A DNA stretch of 64,000 nt from Ascidiella aspersa (lineage: Eukaryota): assembly GCA_963924565.1 (NCBI GenBank), contig OZ004608.1, positions 13,640,001 through 13,704,000 on the forward strand, read 5' to 3'. How positions within the stretch are numbered: position 1 is the first letter of the stretch; each line of letters starts with the position of its first letter. Shown here one piece after another: positions 38,501 to 52,500 of this stretch. Both the position numbers and the translations under genes were made by a program. Below the pieces are notes generated by a model that was not told the origin of the DNA, searched no databases, and was given only the letters and a program-made list of their open reading frames with translations.

Positions 38501-41500
38501 ATATACGTACTCAAAATATGTAGGCTGTAACTTAATGCTGTAGACAAAAATACAAAACTGCCCTTAAGTTGTCAATAATATAAGTGTTAGTGTTTAACTC
38601 CCTTCACTTGTAGTATTAATTTATGCATAGAAATCATATTTCTATAGAATAGTTTATTGAATTTTTTTGATTTGTTTACTTGTATTAAAAGTAAAAATTG
38701 CGCACAGTTTTTCAATTATTTGTAGTTCTTTGTTGAAAATTTATTAAAACCTTTTTTAACAGATAAATATCATTACACATTTTTACTGAGTGCTAGGAAA
38801 TGTGTTTTTAATGTTGTAGGTAATTATTTAAAACAGGAATTTAAGGCTGGTTGTATCTTATTTTTCAGCATCACCTGGCTAAATGTTGTAAGCGGATTTC
38901 AAATTTGATGCAGAAATACACTTTAAGGGATTATCAAGCCATGGAAAGGGTTCCCTTCGTTAATGACCCTGTGCCTCAGTGCAAACATACACTTTTACTA
39001 CAAAAAGTACAACTTTTAATATATTTAAGATACCATTTCACCATTGTTTTCACAGTTTTATTTTCTATATTTGTCATTCAATCTGTTAAAGCGTGATATG
39101 CTTTTAGAATATGTATTATTTAAAACATGTTTAATTTGTAATATCTGTTTGTTATTTTTTATGACTCCATACCTTCTTGGTTTATACCGTGACCAGCCAT
39201 GGCACAACATAACTGTTTATCAGTGTTTGACAGTTGTGTATCTGAAATTAATCACTAGATGGACACTCGTATAGATTGCGCAAATGTATATGTGTATAAA
39301 ATATATACTGAATTTGTGTGGCAAAGCCAAAAAGGCCGAGTAGATCGACATCATCTTGATTAATTGGTTGTAATACAGCATCATCTTTAGTTAATGTGAT
39401 ACAAGTTTGATACAAATTCATATTGAAACCCTATTAATCAAGATAAAGAAGTTGATCTACTCTACCTTTTTGGCCTTGCAATTCATTATCAAACAACATA
39501 CAGATTAGTGCATAGTGTACCCAAACAATTTGTGTACTTTTGTAACATGCAGACCCACCCTACTGTAATCAAAAGGCCAAGTGATGGATGCAACATCCCA
39601 AAGTTTAATTTCTCTTCTCAAGGAAAACCATGTTGTTTGCTTAACGACCCTTATATTACTGAGTACAGCCAATAAGTATAGTTTAAATATTTATTTAACT
39701 TTGCCTAAAAAGTTCATTTTATCGAAAAAGGCAATTTTACCTGAAAAGGCAATTTTCTGTAAAATTGTAATTTATCGTGTTTTTATGTTGAGTGTATTTT
39801 TTTAACTATTTTATGCAATTAATATGCATAGCAACCAAAAATACTAAACACTGAAATATCTATTGCTGTTTATGAAAATACGTTCAATTTAAGATTAACT
39901 TGCAATGCGATTAGCATTTTTTGATTTTCTGTGTTTAAACTAATATTTATTTTCAAATCAACATTCAAGTTCTTTGGCGAAAACAATTTGGGTCTATCTT
40001 TCTAACAAAAAAAATTCTTTATCTTTTATATGTTTGACGATAAAAATGTTTATGTTTTTATTCAGACTCGTAGACGAATGGCAACCAGACATTGTTTTGT
40101 CGGTCAAGAGCTTAAAACTTTTTGCTGGCAACATTGCACCTTTTCCAAAAGAATGGGAAATACCAATTGTTGTCCAACAAAAAAAAGGTACTTAATGACT
40201 GGATAAATGATGTTTCCATACTCTGCCTGCAAACTTACAATTTTGTGTCAAGAACATGGCTTTAGATCAGGGGCGTCCAACATGAGGCACGCGACGTAAT
40301 AGAAAATGGCACACAAGCCCCCCCCAAAAAATACAGCCAATTGTCAAAAAAGCTAAATTTATTATACAGCCTATTGTCATTGTTTCTTCACAAAAAAAAA
40401 ACAATCCCAGCAATTAAGACAACAAACAATTACTTTTGATATTACGGCACTGTACTGTTTCTATTTTTTGTATAAAAGCGCTTTCAAAATTAGAAAACAA
40501 ATAGTTGCTAAACTTTGGCACGGGAAAAAGTTATAAGATAAAAATTGGCACGGCGGTATGTTTGAGTTGGACACCCCTGCTTTAGACATTAACAATTTTA
40601 TTTTATTGTGTTAAGGCGATGACAATATTGAAAGGCAAGTGTTATTTGTGGGAAAGTCGCTGCCATGTAAAAGTTTAAATGCCCGTGAAAAGAACCTTAT
40701 CTACTTCAAACGAGCAGTAAAAGACAAACTTCTTTCTGGCAATCGAAAAGGTAAGCTAAGTTAGGTTAATGGCGTTTGATTAAGACTTGGATTCACATAT
40801 ATACAGTAATGATAGGCATGAATTAATCTTGTAAGTGTAGAAAAATAGCACAACGGAAATTGCGCTTTATTTTTTAAAAGCTTAATTTTGTCAAGGCAAT
40901 AACATGTTTTCATGTCTGTTCCGGTATTTTATGCTTTTTACAACTTACCAGTAATTTAAGTTTATATAGCCAGACTGTGTGTAAATTCGTAAAATCACTT
41001 GCAAATATTTAAATTAAAACCGGAACTCCCAGCAAATATAACTAAACTGTATTATGCAGAACAAAATAAAAGTGACCTCAATCGGATCGAAAAATCTGCA
41101 GAAGCAAAACCAAACGTTCCAGAAGTTCCTAGCTCGAAGTTTCTGTCAGAATCTGATGGTAGTCCAGATACTGACTCACGAACCCCGCACGAAAGGTAAA
41201 AATACGAGATTACCAATAAATGCTATTCGAAGACAAAAATCCTTTTTTTATTTATAAAACACTTTAATTTTTTCTACCTAAACCGTATATTACTAATAAA
41301 AAACTATTTGGTGTGAATTAAACATTGGAACTTGTTATGTAAATTAGCATGGAAGTTGAGCAATTAGCTCAAACTTCAACTGAAGCTGAAAAAAGCGTCG
41401 TCGCCGAAGCGGAAAATCCGATGGTATCCGCACTGAAAGAACCGGTTTATGCCAGTTCGAACGAGTTTAGCAGTCTTAGCGACGAGGATTACGACAAAGT

Positions 41501-44500
41501 GGAAAGCACAAACAAAACTACCATATCTTCAACTTCTTCAGTTGACGCACAAACGCCGGCCAAACACAAGACGAGTAAGTTTTTTTTTATCCTGCTTATA
41601 AATTCACAAACGCTACGTTGTCTTACCCATAAATAGCACTTTCATTGGACAGTTATTGGATTCTTTTAAACACACTGTTATATTGTACGGATGATAACAA
41701 CTTTGAATGTTGTAACGTTTGTTTTACACAGTGTGTTCACAAGAATCCAATAACTGTCTTTTGAAAGTGCTATTTATGGGTAGAAAAACAAAAAGACATG
41801 TTAAACAAAATTAAATGTATCTAGTCTTGTTGACTTTAGATATAAGTTACCACTTAACATCGACTCTATGTTAAAGTCCTTAAGGCTGTTAGTACGTGAC
41901 TGTAAAATTTGTCGTTTTGCACAGGTTTTCAGCATTTCTTTTTAGTATGACGTAAGTCGTCTTAAAGGTTTTTCTTTTCTTCTGATGTACTTTAAACCAT
42001 ATTTCTTTACCATAAATCAATCGTTTGCGAGACTCATAGATTTTTAATAGTAGTTTTATTTACTGAGGAATGGACCTACTATATTAAATCAGTGTAATGT
42101 GGGATCAAAAGTAAGGTTTCCGGTTAAACCAGCCGAAGACTGAAGAAAAAAGCGTATATGATAAAAAAAAAACATGTTTAATTCTGTAATACACAAAGTT
42201 TGGGAGCTTTTGTTTAAGTTAATAGATTAGACGGCAATACAACCCAAGAATTAATCCACAACTGTTGCCCGCTGCGGTCATGCTATCATATACATTAAAA
42301 AGCAAACAAACCATATAAATTCGTGCATATTAATGAGAATTTTTCCTTAAGATTTCGCTGGTTTACTTTATGCATTTTACAGTGAGCGAGTACTTTCTCA
42401 AAAAACTTTTTTGCTTCAGTTCCAAAGGGCAAACGCACCAAGCCGCCTTCCTCGGACAGCGATGACGACATTTTGACGATCGATGGCGTCACGTTTGACG
42501 CGTCTTCGATCCCTCAACTGGACGGCACCGGCGATCGGAGGAAAAAGACCGCCAGGAGGGTTTTGCGCCCCAAAACCGAGCCGGTTTCCGCGCAGCCTGC
42601 TGAAACTCGCGTCTTGGAAATTAAGGAGGAAGCGGGGTCTTCCGATACAAAGGTAGCATCCAGTATTTTTAAGTCAATGACTTGAATTTAGTGCACTTCA
42701 GTCACTGTTTTCAAATAATTTTACTTGATTGAAGTATTTTGGACAAATTTACTTGACTTGATCTTTTGGACAAATGACTTGAGTTAAAATGTGTTTTCAT
42801 TAATCATTTTTCATTATACAATTGGGACTGGGTTATTTACCTTAAGTTTTGCACATAAAACATTTTACTTGCCATATGCTTGATTGATACAGGTTTTTAC
42901 TTGAGTTATAGCTCATAATTGGACTAGTTTACCAGTTTAAATAGTTTAAGGTTTTATTTAAATGGCAAGGACTTGACTTGAAGTTGACTTGCTCTAATTA
43001 TGACTTGACTGGGACTGGACTTGGGCAACCGATGACTGGGACTTGACTTGTTATTTATTCGAAAAGACTTAAGACTTGGACTTGAGTTATTTTACGAATG
43101 ACTTGACTGGGACTTCAGTCATTTCAAAATGACTTGTTTACCACACTGGACTGGAATCTTCACCTTGTACTATACAATACTATCGCAATTGTACTTATGG
43201 GTTTTCAGGAGATTGTAGTGCCATTTCAATGTAGTACAGCTCGAAATGTAGGGTGTTTGCGTAATTTATGACTAAAATAGGGTTTTTAAGGCGGCCTGTG
43301 GTGAAAAATTCGAAGAGAAATTTGGCCTGGATCTATAAAATTAGCAAGCTTTAAAAACTGTAGCTCACTTGTATAAACTGTCAGAAAGTACTAAAACTAA
43401 AGAGAAACGTTTCATCTGTTTGTGATCTCTTAGATTTGAATTGCGACAACGAACATGTTCTATCTTTATATATTTTATTTTAAATTTCTGTGCTATTGTT
43501 GTTAAGCATCCACACTTTAATCTCGGCCACCGTTCTATCAGTTGATACCAACCAACTAACGACCATTGTAGGCAATGAAACAATTAAACATGTATTTGCT
43601 ATGCAGGAATTATCCGTCGCCGGATCACGTTCCGACGTTTGGATGAAAAGCCTTGCTGGCGATGAAAAAAATTCGGCCTCTGAATCTACAAAAGCAACCA
43701 GTGCTTCGGGAGCAGGACGACAGCAGACGATAACTGGATTGTTCAGCGCTTGGCAAAAAAAGCAAGACAAACCTGGTAGGAATAAATAGATGATGAGCTG
43801 CTTTTGTCCGCGTTTGCGTTCCTCCCCAGTTTTACAAACACCCTAAAAGATTGGTTCACACTAGACGCGTCTGGCGTTAACGGATTACGTGTACGCCTTA
43901 AGGTGAAAACACCTTCGGTTGCGAAAAGTATTTCAAGTTTGACGCTTTCAATTATGAGCGAGAAAATATACTGTTAACATTGGCAACGCGTTAGCGTTTT
44001 GCGCCAGACGCTAACGCCAGAAGCAAAACGCGTCTAGTGTGAACCAACCTTTATAATAAAATAACATAACTTTTGATATACTGATTATGTCTGTTCTAAG
44101 GCAGTACTTGGTGGAATTTTTATATTAAGAAACCTATATGGAAGTTTATTTTTGTATATTTTTTTTATTCGCGGCAATACGTTTATGTTTAAATGTGCGA
44201 ACATTATCAAGATTTAAAATCCACCAAAAAGATTTAAAATCCATAAAAATTAAATTATGTAAATGTTGTGTGCCCTATTGTTTTTGAACAGGCTGCATAG
44301 TACTCCTATGTAATGGTATTTATTATAAAAGTTTTTTTTATGCACCTAGTGTTAAAATCCTAACGGTCAATTTGCAGCGGTCGTGGTTAAACACGAAGTG
44401 GAAGATAATAGCGACTCCGAAGACGACCGACTGGTCCTGGACGAAGGTGATCCCGATCCACCTCCAGAAAAAGCCGCCGAAACCGCGTCATCAGCTGATG

Positions 44501-47500
44501 ACGTAACGCCTGACGATCAGACGTGCATTACGTACGGGGTGACGAGCGACCCTGTTTTCGCCACTCGCATAGAGGAGGCGGCCTCCTCCACTAGCGCGCA
44601 AACCAAACGAAAGACGCGCGCTTCAACCAAAGTGACGTCACTGGACAAAGCGCGCCTCAAGTCTCCCCCTGGGAAGAGGGCAAAACCCGCCTGCGCCACG
44701 AGAACCCTGAAGGTCAAATTACCGGACATGCGAACTAGGAACACGCCAATTCGCCCTAAACCCGCCTCCGACGACGCCGACTCCAGCAGCAGAAAGGTGA
44801 AATCTCCCGAAGAGTCAGATTCGCCCGATGATAACATCGTCCTCAGCAAGCTGCGCACTCATTTACCCCCGGTTGCTGAAAAGTCGCCGGCTGTGCGCGG
44901 CGGTCTCTCCTTTCCGTCAATGGCCGCTACGAACCTCGCGACCGCCAAGCCGAACGCCTCGCTACGGGCGAAGCGGACGCCGAAAAAAGACCCGACCGCC
45001 GGCCCGAAAAGCGACGTCTTGGCCGAGATCATCGGCCGTCAGAACACCACCGACCGCTCTGTCACCAAGACTCCCTTTTCGACGCAAGCGCGCATCTTGG
45101 CCGACAAGAACCCTTCCGACATCCTCGGCGAGATACTCGGAATGCAGAACAGCAAGAAGCCGGACAGAGGGCACGCTTCAAATCGTGAAAAGCGGTCGAG
45201 GAACGACGCAGAAGAAGAGTAAGTATACTACACTAGTTATGTTTTTTTTCTGTTTTGCTATTCCTGCGCTTGGTATTTTTGTCGGTTGAGCCGATGTCAA
45301 ATTACAGATTTTACATCGTGAAGCAATTTTGTGCTGGAATACATATAGGTATATATGCAGGCTTAAGTACTTGGCGTTTTCCGTCGCGAAGTTGATGAAA
45401 TATTTGTATAAAAAATTAGTTGTAGATGTGTATTCTGACAGTACTTATTTCATCATGATTGAAGCAACCAAATCATAAATACAGAGTTGCCTTAGTGGGA
45501 TAACTGTAACGAAAGTATTAGTATCATTGATGTGGCGCCATGCGAAGTGAAAAAATTCAATAATCCTGTGTGAAACAATAGCAAACGCTGTAATGGTTAA
45601 ATGGACTATTAGAGAAGGCCACAAAATAGGGACTAATTGCCCTTGTCTGCCAGTTTGCACCACTGAAGCAACTGCTAAAACAACAAATAAGTGCAGTGTT
45701 TAACTTCCTCTGTATTGTCGTGCAGTTTCGACCAGCTGATGGCTCAACACACGCAGCAGCGGACTCGAATGGTGGAGAAGGGGGGAAAACAGCGATTCTA
45801 CACTCTCTGGAGCTTCGGAGAGACCAAAGTTCTCATAAGGGGCGGACTGCACGGAGTCGTAGAATCGAAAAAAGAGGTAAATCACCCTTGCGATATTCTG
45901 GCTGCCGAAAGTTCAGGGCGCACTCGTAAATAACCCGACTACTGCTCTACGTGCCACTTCAAATTGTTGTTATTTTATCCATGTTTTTTTAACACAAACA
46001 CTATGGACTGTGACAGCTCAAATCGGATGCAGCCCACTTTAAGAATACGCATTCTAGAATGACTTTTAAATAAAATAGAGCAGAGGCCGACTTCCGAGTT
46101 TAACTTGAGGCTAGTAAAGTTGAACAACCTAGTTTGTAATATATTTTACTCACTTACCTAAAATAGGTTTGATATATAGCAATTCACTAAATTAAAAAGG
46201 CTCTTTGAACCTACTTAAATTAGAAACACAGACGTTTCTATTGCTTCTGGGTAGTCTTGTTTAGGGAAATAGCGGCAGCCTAACAGATAGACGTATATTC
46301 GTCCAAACAAAAAAACAAAAAACAGAAGGACTTATTTCGCCGTGTTAGGTCGCCTAGTTGTTACTCTGTTTGTGTTTGGATTTTAAATGTATATCAATTT
46401 ATCTGGCACAATGTAAATTATTGCCCTGCAGAACATTATCCGAAAAGGTAATTGAAAGTCGGCGGTTAAAGCAAAAATATTTGTTAAATGAACCATTTTT
46501 AAGTGACAATACCTGGCAGCAACAGTATATTCAGCAATCCACTTGTAGGGGTGTCACCATCTAGTCAAAACACATAGGTGAGAAATATCGCACTCCATGC
46601 TATTTCATCTTTTGCACTTGTTGAATAAAGTTGTTTTGTACCTTTTTTACAACCTTTGTGGTTTTGCTTGGATATTTCATCTTTACTTCGTTGTGCGACC
46701 TTATCGGTTTGGAACTTGCTACTACACATGACGAACTCCATACTTGGCCAGTCTTATTTAAGTCTTGAGTCTGACCACGCCGTTCTGCTGAAAATAACAA
46801 AAAACTAAAGTCAAACTTTTAAATTATAGAAAGTGTATACCCATTTTTTTCAGGGCGTAAAGCATGTCACGCCAGTTACCATCACGACGAAGCTCGAATA
46901 CCAGTCAGACTTGGGCTACGAGCAGATAACCTTCAACGAGATGTGCAGCGAATGGGTAGACCTCGTGTTTCGACCTCGCTGCACCGCCGTACTCAGATGT
47001 AAGCTCGTCTTATTGCCACTAACTTTTTAGACGTAAACCTTGTGTTCTGATTTGTGCTTTGAAATAACGGGTTATAACACGGTAAATAACTTCACTTTTA
47101 TGCTGGTGTTTTGGTCGTTTAGCTCCTGTGTAAGGGACATTTTTAAGTTGAAAAGAGCAGCGATCGATCGAAACCATGAAAATACCATTGTAAAATTATT
47201 AGCCTTCATTATACTTAATTATTATCACCTCGGTTCGCACTGTATACAATAATCTTGGCTGCTGTTTCGAGAAAAAATAGGCAAAAAGTACTTAGCATAA
47301 TTATCAGGCTTGGTTTTTCGCATTCTATTTAAAAGCTCGTAAAGTTTTCTGGCCCTCTATGGCAAATATTTTTTTCATTACTTTGAGCAACTCAAGATTA
47401 GTCAGGACTACCGTATTACCGTAAAACTAAAACATGAAATAACGTATTATGCCAGTTTTTGTTTATTTTTTTATTGTGCCCTACGTTGTGTTATTGCGTG

Positions 47501-49113
47501 GCGGTGTAGTCTTAAATTGTTCAAATTTAAAACACTTGTACCATCCCTTTTTTCTCTTCGTAGGTAGATTCGATCCCATTAAGGAGAAATTTATGGGCAC
47601 CGACTTTTTACCTGACCTGAAGTCACTCGATTCTGTTATCAAGCAGACTGGTTTCAAGTATGTGTTCACTTGTATGTTTACAATTAAGTTTTGTGAGGTG
47701 ATCTGCCTAATGGCCTTGCATCTATTTTTTACATTTTTTTTGGTAAATTCGTTAAATACCGTAGATGGAACGCAAAAAATAAAACATTTAAGGAGTAAGT
47801 CATGGTGAGATCCCTGCATAAATAAACAGCTAGGCTTCTGTGCTAAATTATACGCCATAAGTTGGTTTTCCTTCGGAAAAAGAATATATTTACTGCAATC
47901 TAAACTTCTGGGCTGGATTATACGCCACCTGGTGTTTTTCCTTCGGAAAAGAAGTGTATATATAATATATTCTTACGCCAATAGAGTTCCCCAAACAATA
48001 GTCCTTTAAAAGGCCCGCGAAAGTAACAAAAATAGTTCTAATAATCGAAAATTATTCTCGCAGTGTTTTGAAATCACGAAAGGCCCTGCTGTCGACCTTC
48101 CGCAAACTGACTGACAAGAAACTCTTTCCACCTGGCAACTACCTCATTTCGCACAAAGCCGGATCGGTGACATACCTCGTCAGGGCCGGTGTCATAAAGC
48201 CACCTCCGAGAACGTAAGGCCTCTTCCTTTTATGCTTTACCAATTGTAAATTGGACGTGAAGGCGAAAAGGCAAAATCGTTGTCCCTACTATCTTATAAA
48301 ATGTCAGCCTTGCCATATCTAGTATTTGTGTTTCAAGAAAATTCCTACTTATTCGGTTTCGGATTGGATCCTGAAGAAAATAATACACCAAGTTCCAAAA
48401 AAAATCATTAACGTCCTTAATAACAACAAAGGTTTATTTGTATTTTTTCATTACTGGAGTTTTAGAAACTTATGTCACGTTGCTGTTAATGATCAGCCAT
48501 CAGCAAAAACACAAACATTAAAAAAACTTCATCATTCATACACATGTGTATTTCTATGAATGTTTTAAAATTTAGTAGGGTCTAGTTTGGCCCCTTTAAA
48601 CGAAGTTGTTCCTTTACCAATAGGGTTCAGCAGCTTAAATGTAGGACCAACAAAAACATTACTCAAAGTTTTTATTCCGCTTAAAACACTATTGATCCCA
48701 GATTGTCCTATTATAAGTTTTGATTGATACGCAGGTTTTGACCACATACTTGGCGAAAACAACCTTAAGGAGTATTTTCAAAATCGTAAATAACGGTCTG
48801 AGGTGACTTTTCTGTAAACAATATGCTATAAAGTATAGACTGTACATGTGCAATGCACATAACGGGTACACACTGGTTTAGGGCGGTGTACGATCTGAGC
48901 TGTGAGTACGTGAACCCTGGACGCTTTGTGGTGACTACGACAGAAAACATCCCCTACGTGCCCCTGGACCCCCATAAGCAGTCCCGTAACCAGGTGCGTG
49001 CCCATGTCGCACCCATGACCTTTCAACCCCCACTGGAAACGCCGCCTAAGAAAAAGAAGAAAAAGGGCAAAAAGAAAAAGAACAAAAATAGGAAATCGGT
49101 CGAGCAAAGCTGA
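35536..49113 (+). CDS. ICE2: Little elongation complex subunit 2 (NARG2 family, ~1112 aa, 17 exons)
   Basis: Exons 35536-35658, 37337-37549, 38341-38460, 38869-39006, 39553-39662, 40066-40187, 40616-40750, 41060-41195, 41348-41574, 42420-42652, 43607-43775, 44378-45218, 45726-45876, 46854-46998, 47564-47657, 48064-48213 and 48882-49113 total 3339 nt in phase. ICE2-like motifs KEWEIPIVV and LPCKSLNAREKN; NARG2 C-terminal-like YTLWSFG, KLEYQSDLGYEQIT, GNYLISH, AVYDL, IPYVPLDP and PMTF. Confidence 0.82.
39321..39479. mobile_element. Small MITE in ICE2 intron
   Basis: Inverted termini GCAAAGCCAAAAAGG..GAGTAGATC / GATCTACTC..CCTTTTTGGCCTTGC. Confidence 0.65.
40268..40579. mobile_element. hAT-type MITE
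   Basis: CAGGGGCGTCCAAC / GTTGGACACCCCTG with TSD CTTTAGAT / CTTTAGAC. Confidence 0.85.
41624..41782. mobile_element. Palindromic MITE, probable TA TSD
   Basis: TACCCATAAATAGCACTTTCA..GACAGTTATTGGATTCTT / AAGAATCCAATAACTGTC..TGAAAGTGCTATTTATGGGTA. Confidence 0.8.
42661..43148. mobile_element. GACTT-repeat MITE inserted 8 bp after an ICE2 splice donor
   Basis: CAGT...CACTG ends and many GACTT/AAGTC pentamers; reverse-complement homologue of 51827-52258. Confidence 0.8.
43846..44052. mobile_element. Harbinger-like MITE
   Basis: AAAGATTGGTTCACACTAGACGCGT / ACGCGTCTAGTGTGAACCAACCTTT. Confidence 0.8.
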
Positions 49114-50390
49114 GCAGCTATAAAATGGTCGATTGTTTTTTACTTAATTGTCTTGTCGCGATTTAGATCAGTGGTACTGTTTGGTTGAACTACTTTCTGT
49201 TTTAAACATGGCAAACCTTAACAAAGTGTTGTGGTTGGCTACATAAGCATTAATCCTAGTAATGAACGCTTTTCTGTTGTTTAGAGGGTTAGACTGTTTA
49301 TATTCAATAACAACTGGTCGGGACGTTTGTGGTCTTATGTTACGTTGGTTCTGTGCTTTATAATACTTTTTTTTTCAGGAATTTTTGCAATAAAAAGACT
49401 TATTTCCCTGTAGTTTAATTTTTTGTCATTTTTCGTTTATTTAAGCTTGATAAGTGTTCTATGTTTTTAAATACATTTTTAATTTGTACAATTACACTTA
49501 ATCGTGTTCGCGAAGGACAACTTCATAAAGGCGCCTCTGTGTGCATTTAACACTCGCTATACCATAAGTTATTACAACTTGTGTTAAAATTGCCTTACTG
49601 AGTTACCCTCGCGTTTACCTGACATTCAACTCAATAGCCACCCTGTTTTCTTTGTGTGGTTACATACATTTTTTCGTATTTGTTTGCGACAATCATTTTC
49701 TTTTCCACTGCCGTCCAAGTTTCATCAATAATGAATTAAGACTTAGTCATAATAACCCAATTGAATGGGAGCCGGTAGAGGGGAAAACATAGTGCGGGAA
49801 TTTGTTTGGTTTAACATCGTTTACCGGAGTTTAATACTGCAGTCGAAGTTATGGCCCTGATGAAAACCACAGCTTAGATTACTGCAGCAGTTGTTTTGGT
49901 GTATTTATGCGCAGCAAATCGATAAACGCCTATTTTCCAACATCGCGAGAAGTCGTTTTGTTTGGGTTAGTGTGTGTTTAGACCTCTGGGTTTACCGATA
50001 TTATTATTTGCGTTTGTGAAGCTGGTTAAACCAGTTGCGACCAAACCCCCAAATGAACGTCGAGCTGTAGACAAAGATGCTCACCTGACTGTGTCCAACA
50101 TTGTTAAAGGTAAAATGCTAATTAAGAAATCTAGCCTGGCTGGTAAAGTCGGGTTAAAGTACCTGCTGTGGCCGATTGCTGTATTATGTTTAGTGTTAAA
50201 TTCTTTCTGATTCTGTTGACACAAAATACTGATGCAAAATCTTGCAAAAAAGTTAAAAAAAATATTCTAAGCATTTAAACTTACCGGGGAAAACGGTATG
50301 CTGCAGTCTACGTTTATCTTCGTAAAATATATATTATTTGACAAAAACTAGGAGCGCAACTATGCCAGCAATTTTAGTCTACCTCTATTG

Positions 50391-50694
50391 CAGTGGTTCT
50401 CAACCTTTTTTCTTTCGTGGCCCATTTTCGTTACACAAAAATTCTGTGGCCCTAATCATTTTTATGAATGGACAAAAAACATTTTTATGAATGGATATAA
50501 AACGGTTTAGAACAAAATATAGCGAAGCATATGACAATAAATTTACATTCTTACTCAATTCCTCCCCAAGCCATTCCTGTAAAATTAGGTATAGTGACAC
50601 AAATAAAACTAAATTCTTCAATAAATCTAGCTTTTTTAAATTGGTCTGTGGCCCATCTAAAAAGTTTCCATGGCCCACTGGTTGAGAACCGCTG
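50391..50694. mobile_element. hAT-type MITE with perfect TSD
   Basis: CAGTGGTTCTCAACC / GGTTGAGAACCGCTG with CTCTATTG on both sides. Confidence 0.92.
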
Positions 50695-50880
50695 CTCTAT
50701 TGTATCAACGCAGAAATGGTCGTTGACCGCAAGTTAGTGCTTATTAAAATAGAAAATTGTAGCTAGAAATTTATAGTTGAGTTACATTGGTTTACAAAGT
50801 AATACAAGATGAAGTGGTACATTTTTATAGATCATACATAGCGACCTGTCTTTCGTTGGAATGTCATTCTAGCAATCATG

Positions 50881-51530
50881 GTTCTGAAACGTTATTTAAA
50901 GGGGATTTGAATTTACCCTGGCAACTAACTTTTTCAGACTCAGTACAACTGTACTGAATCACAAAGTATTATGTATTATATCAGCGATGTACAATTGCAA
51001 ATTCTTGTAAAATGACTCGAATTTAAAACAACATTTACAGCTAAACCTATAGGTGTGGTAATCAGCGTGTTCAGCAAAAGCGTTAATTTATTGAATATTT
51101 GGTACATCAGTGAGCTTGTCGACTTTTTTACATGTAGACCAATAAATAAAAACATATGCTATAATAACAATTAAGGGGAACTGAAAAAATACGCAACGTA
51201 AGTGTTTCCTGTACATCTGCTTCTGCAATTTACCCGCTCGCGGTTAAACAATGTAATAATGCAGCAGCGTCGGTTTAACTGCAATTAAAATTTCGATAGT
51301 GCTGTAGTGCATTTTTTTCATAAAACATATAATTTATGAGTTTTCAACAGCGACAGCTTTCGGGCTACTGGTGCTATTTTTTAGTTTTGTGAATACAAAA
51401 TCAATCGACCATTTTTGTGCCTACAGGAACCGTCACCCTTGGACGAGCCGATTTTCCTCGCCGTTTCGATGAGCATACGCTGGGTTAACTTCACCGACGG
51501 CGTGATGGACTTGACTCTCGTCGGGAGCGT
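50881..51530 (+). pseudogene. Diverged partial copy of the intron and exon-2 start of the EEP gene (source ~55998-56642)
   Basis: Collinear similarity including the acceptor CCTACAG|GAACCGTC and EPSPLDEPIFLAVSMSIRWVNFTDGVMDLTLVGSV. Flanked by 46-bp direct repeats at 50835-50880 and 51531-51576. Confidence 0.9.
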
Positions 51531-51742
51531 TACATAGCGACCAGTCTTTCGTTGGAATGTCATTCTACCAATCACGTCGCCAATTCCGACGTTTTGGTGA
51601 AAATTACGCTTGACTTTTAAAGTATAACGATCGCGGGTTCGAAGCTTGTCGCCGCCCGCTTTCGTATTACTTTAACATTTTTTTTTATAATTTTGGGATA
51701 AACCAAATCAAACGGCGAAACAATTTTGGTCATTACCTATAG

Positions 51743-52500
51743 CAGGGATGAGCAATTATTTGTTTTAAACCGCACAAGAAACAGAAAATGTCTTGGCGGG
51801 CCGTGTCAAAAATGAGGATCTCAAATCAGTGTTGTAAACAAGTCATTTTGAAATGACTTAAGTCCCAGTCAAGTCATTCGTAAAATAACAAGTCCAAGTC
51901 ATCGGATTCCCAAGTCATCATAATTAGAGCAAGTCAACTTCAAGTCAAGTCCTTTGTCATAACAATAAAACTTTAAACTGTTAAAACTAGTATACTCGTC
52001 CGATTATTATGAGAAATGGCCCGAGAAAAAATAAACATAAATACAACACATCTCAGGAAAATTGTTTTATGTGGAAAAAATAAGATAAATAACTCAATTA
52101 TAAATAATTGCTTCATGAAAACATTTTATTTTAACCCAAGCCTTTTGTCCAAATGTCTTAAGTCAAGTCATTTGCCCAAAAGACTTAAGTCAAGTCAAGT
52201 CATTTCATTTGAAAACAGTGACTTAAGTCAAGTCTTTTACTACAACATTACAACACTGTCTTATATACACATAATGAAACATGTGATTTATTTTGAAAGA
52301 ATCTTTAAATATTCTTGTTTAGACCAGCTAGCAGTGTTGTAATGACTTAAGTCAATGACTTGACTTAAGTGCACTTAAGTCACTGTTTTTAGATAACTTG
52401 ACTTGACTTAAGTCATTTGGACAAAATGACTTGACTTAAGTCATTTGGACAAAAGACTTGACTTGACTTAAGTCTTTTGGGCAAATGACTTGACTTGACT
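51743..52500. mobile_element. MITE cluster: CAGGGATG element (family of 9550) interrupted by GACTT-repeat MITEs at 51827-52258 and 52332-52500
   Basis: CAGTGTTGTAA / TTACAACACTG termini, near-TSD TCTCAAAT / TCTTATAT, dense GACTTAAGTC repeats. Confidence 0.75.

Noticed and set aside
42383-42419. Upstream acceptor for ICE2 exon 10
   Set aside because: Out of frame (hits TGA); the acceptor at 42420 keeps phase.
44517-45289. Overlapping and antisense ORFs here and at 4069-4407, 12782-13067, 56927-58251 and 62308-62709
   Set aside because: Shadow ORFs of GC-rich real exons.
47830-47955. ~70-bp intronic tandem duplication
   Set aside because: Ordinary local duplication with no functional signal.
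51827-52500. GACTTAAGTC repeat arrays as CRISPR or satellite
   Set aside because: Eukaryotic context, no unique spacers, and bounded by TIRs; these are MITE subterminal repeats.
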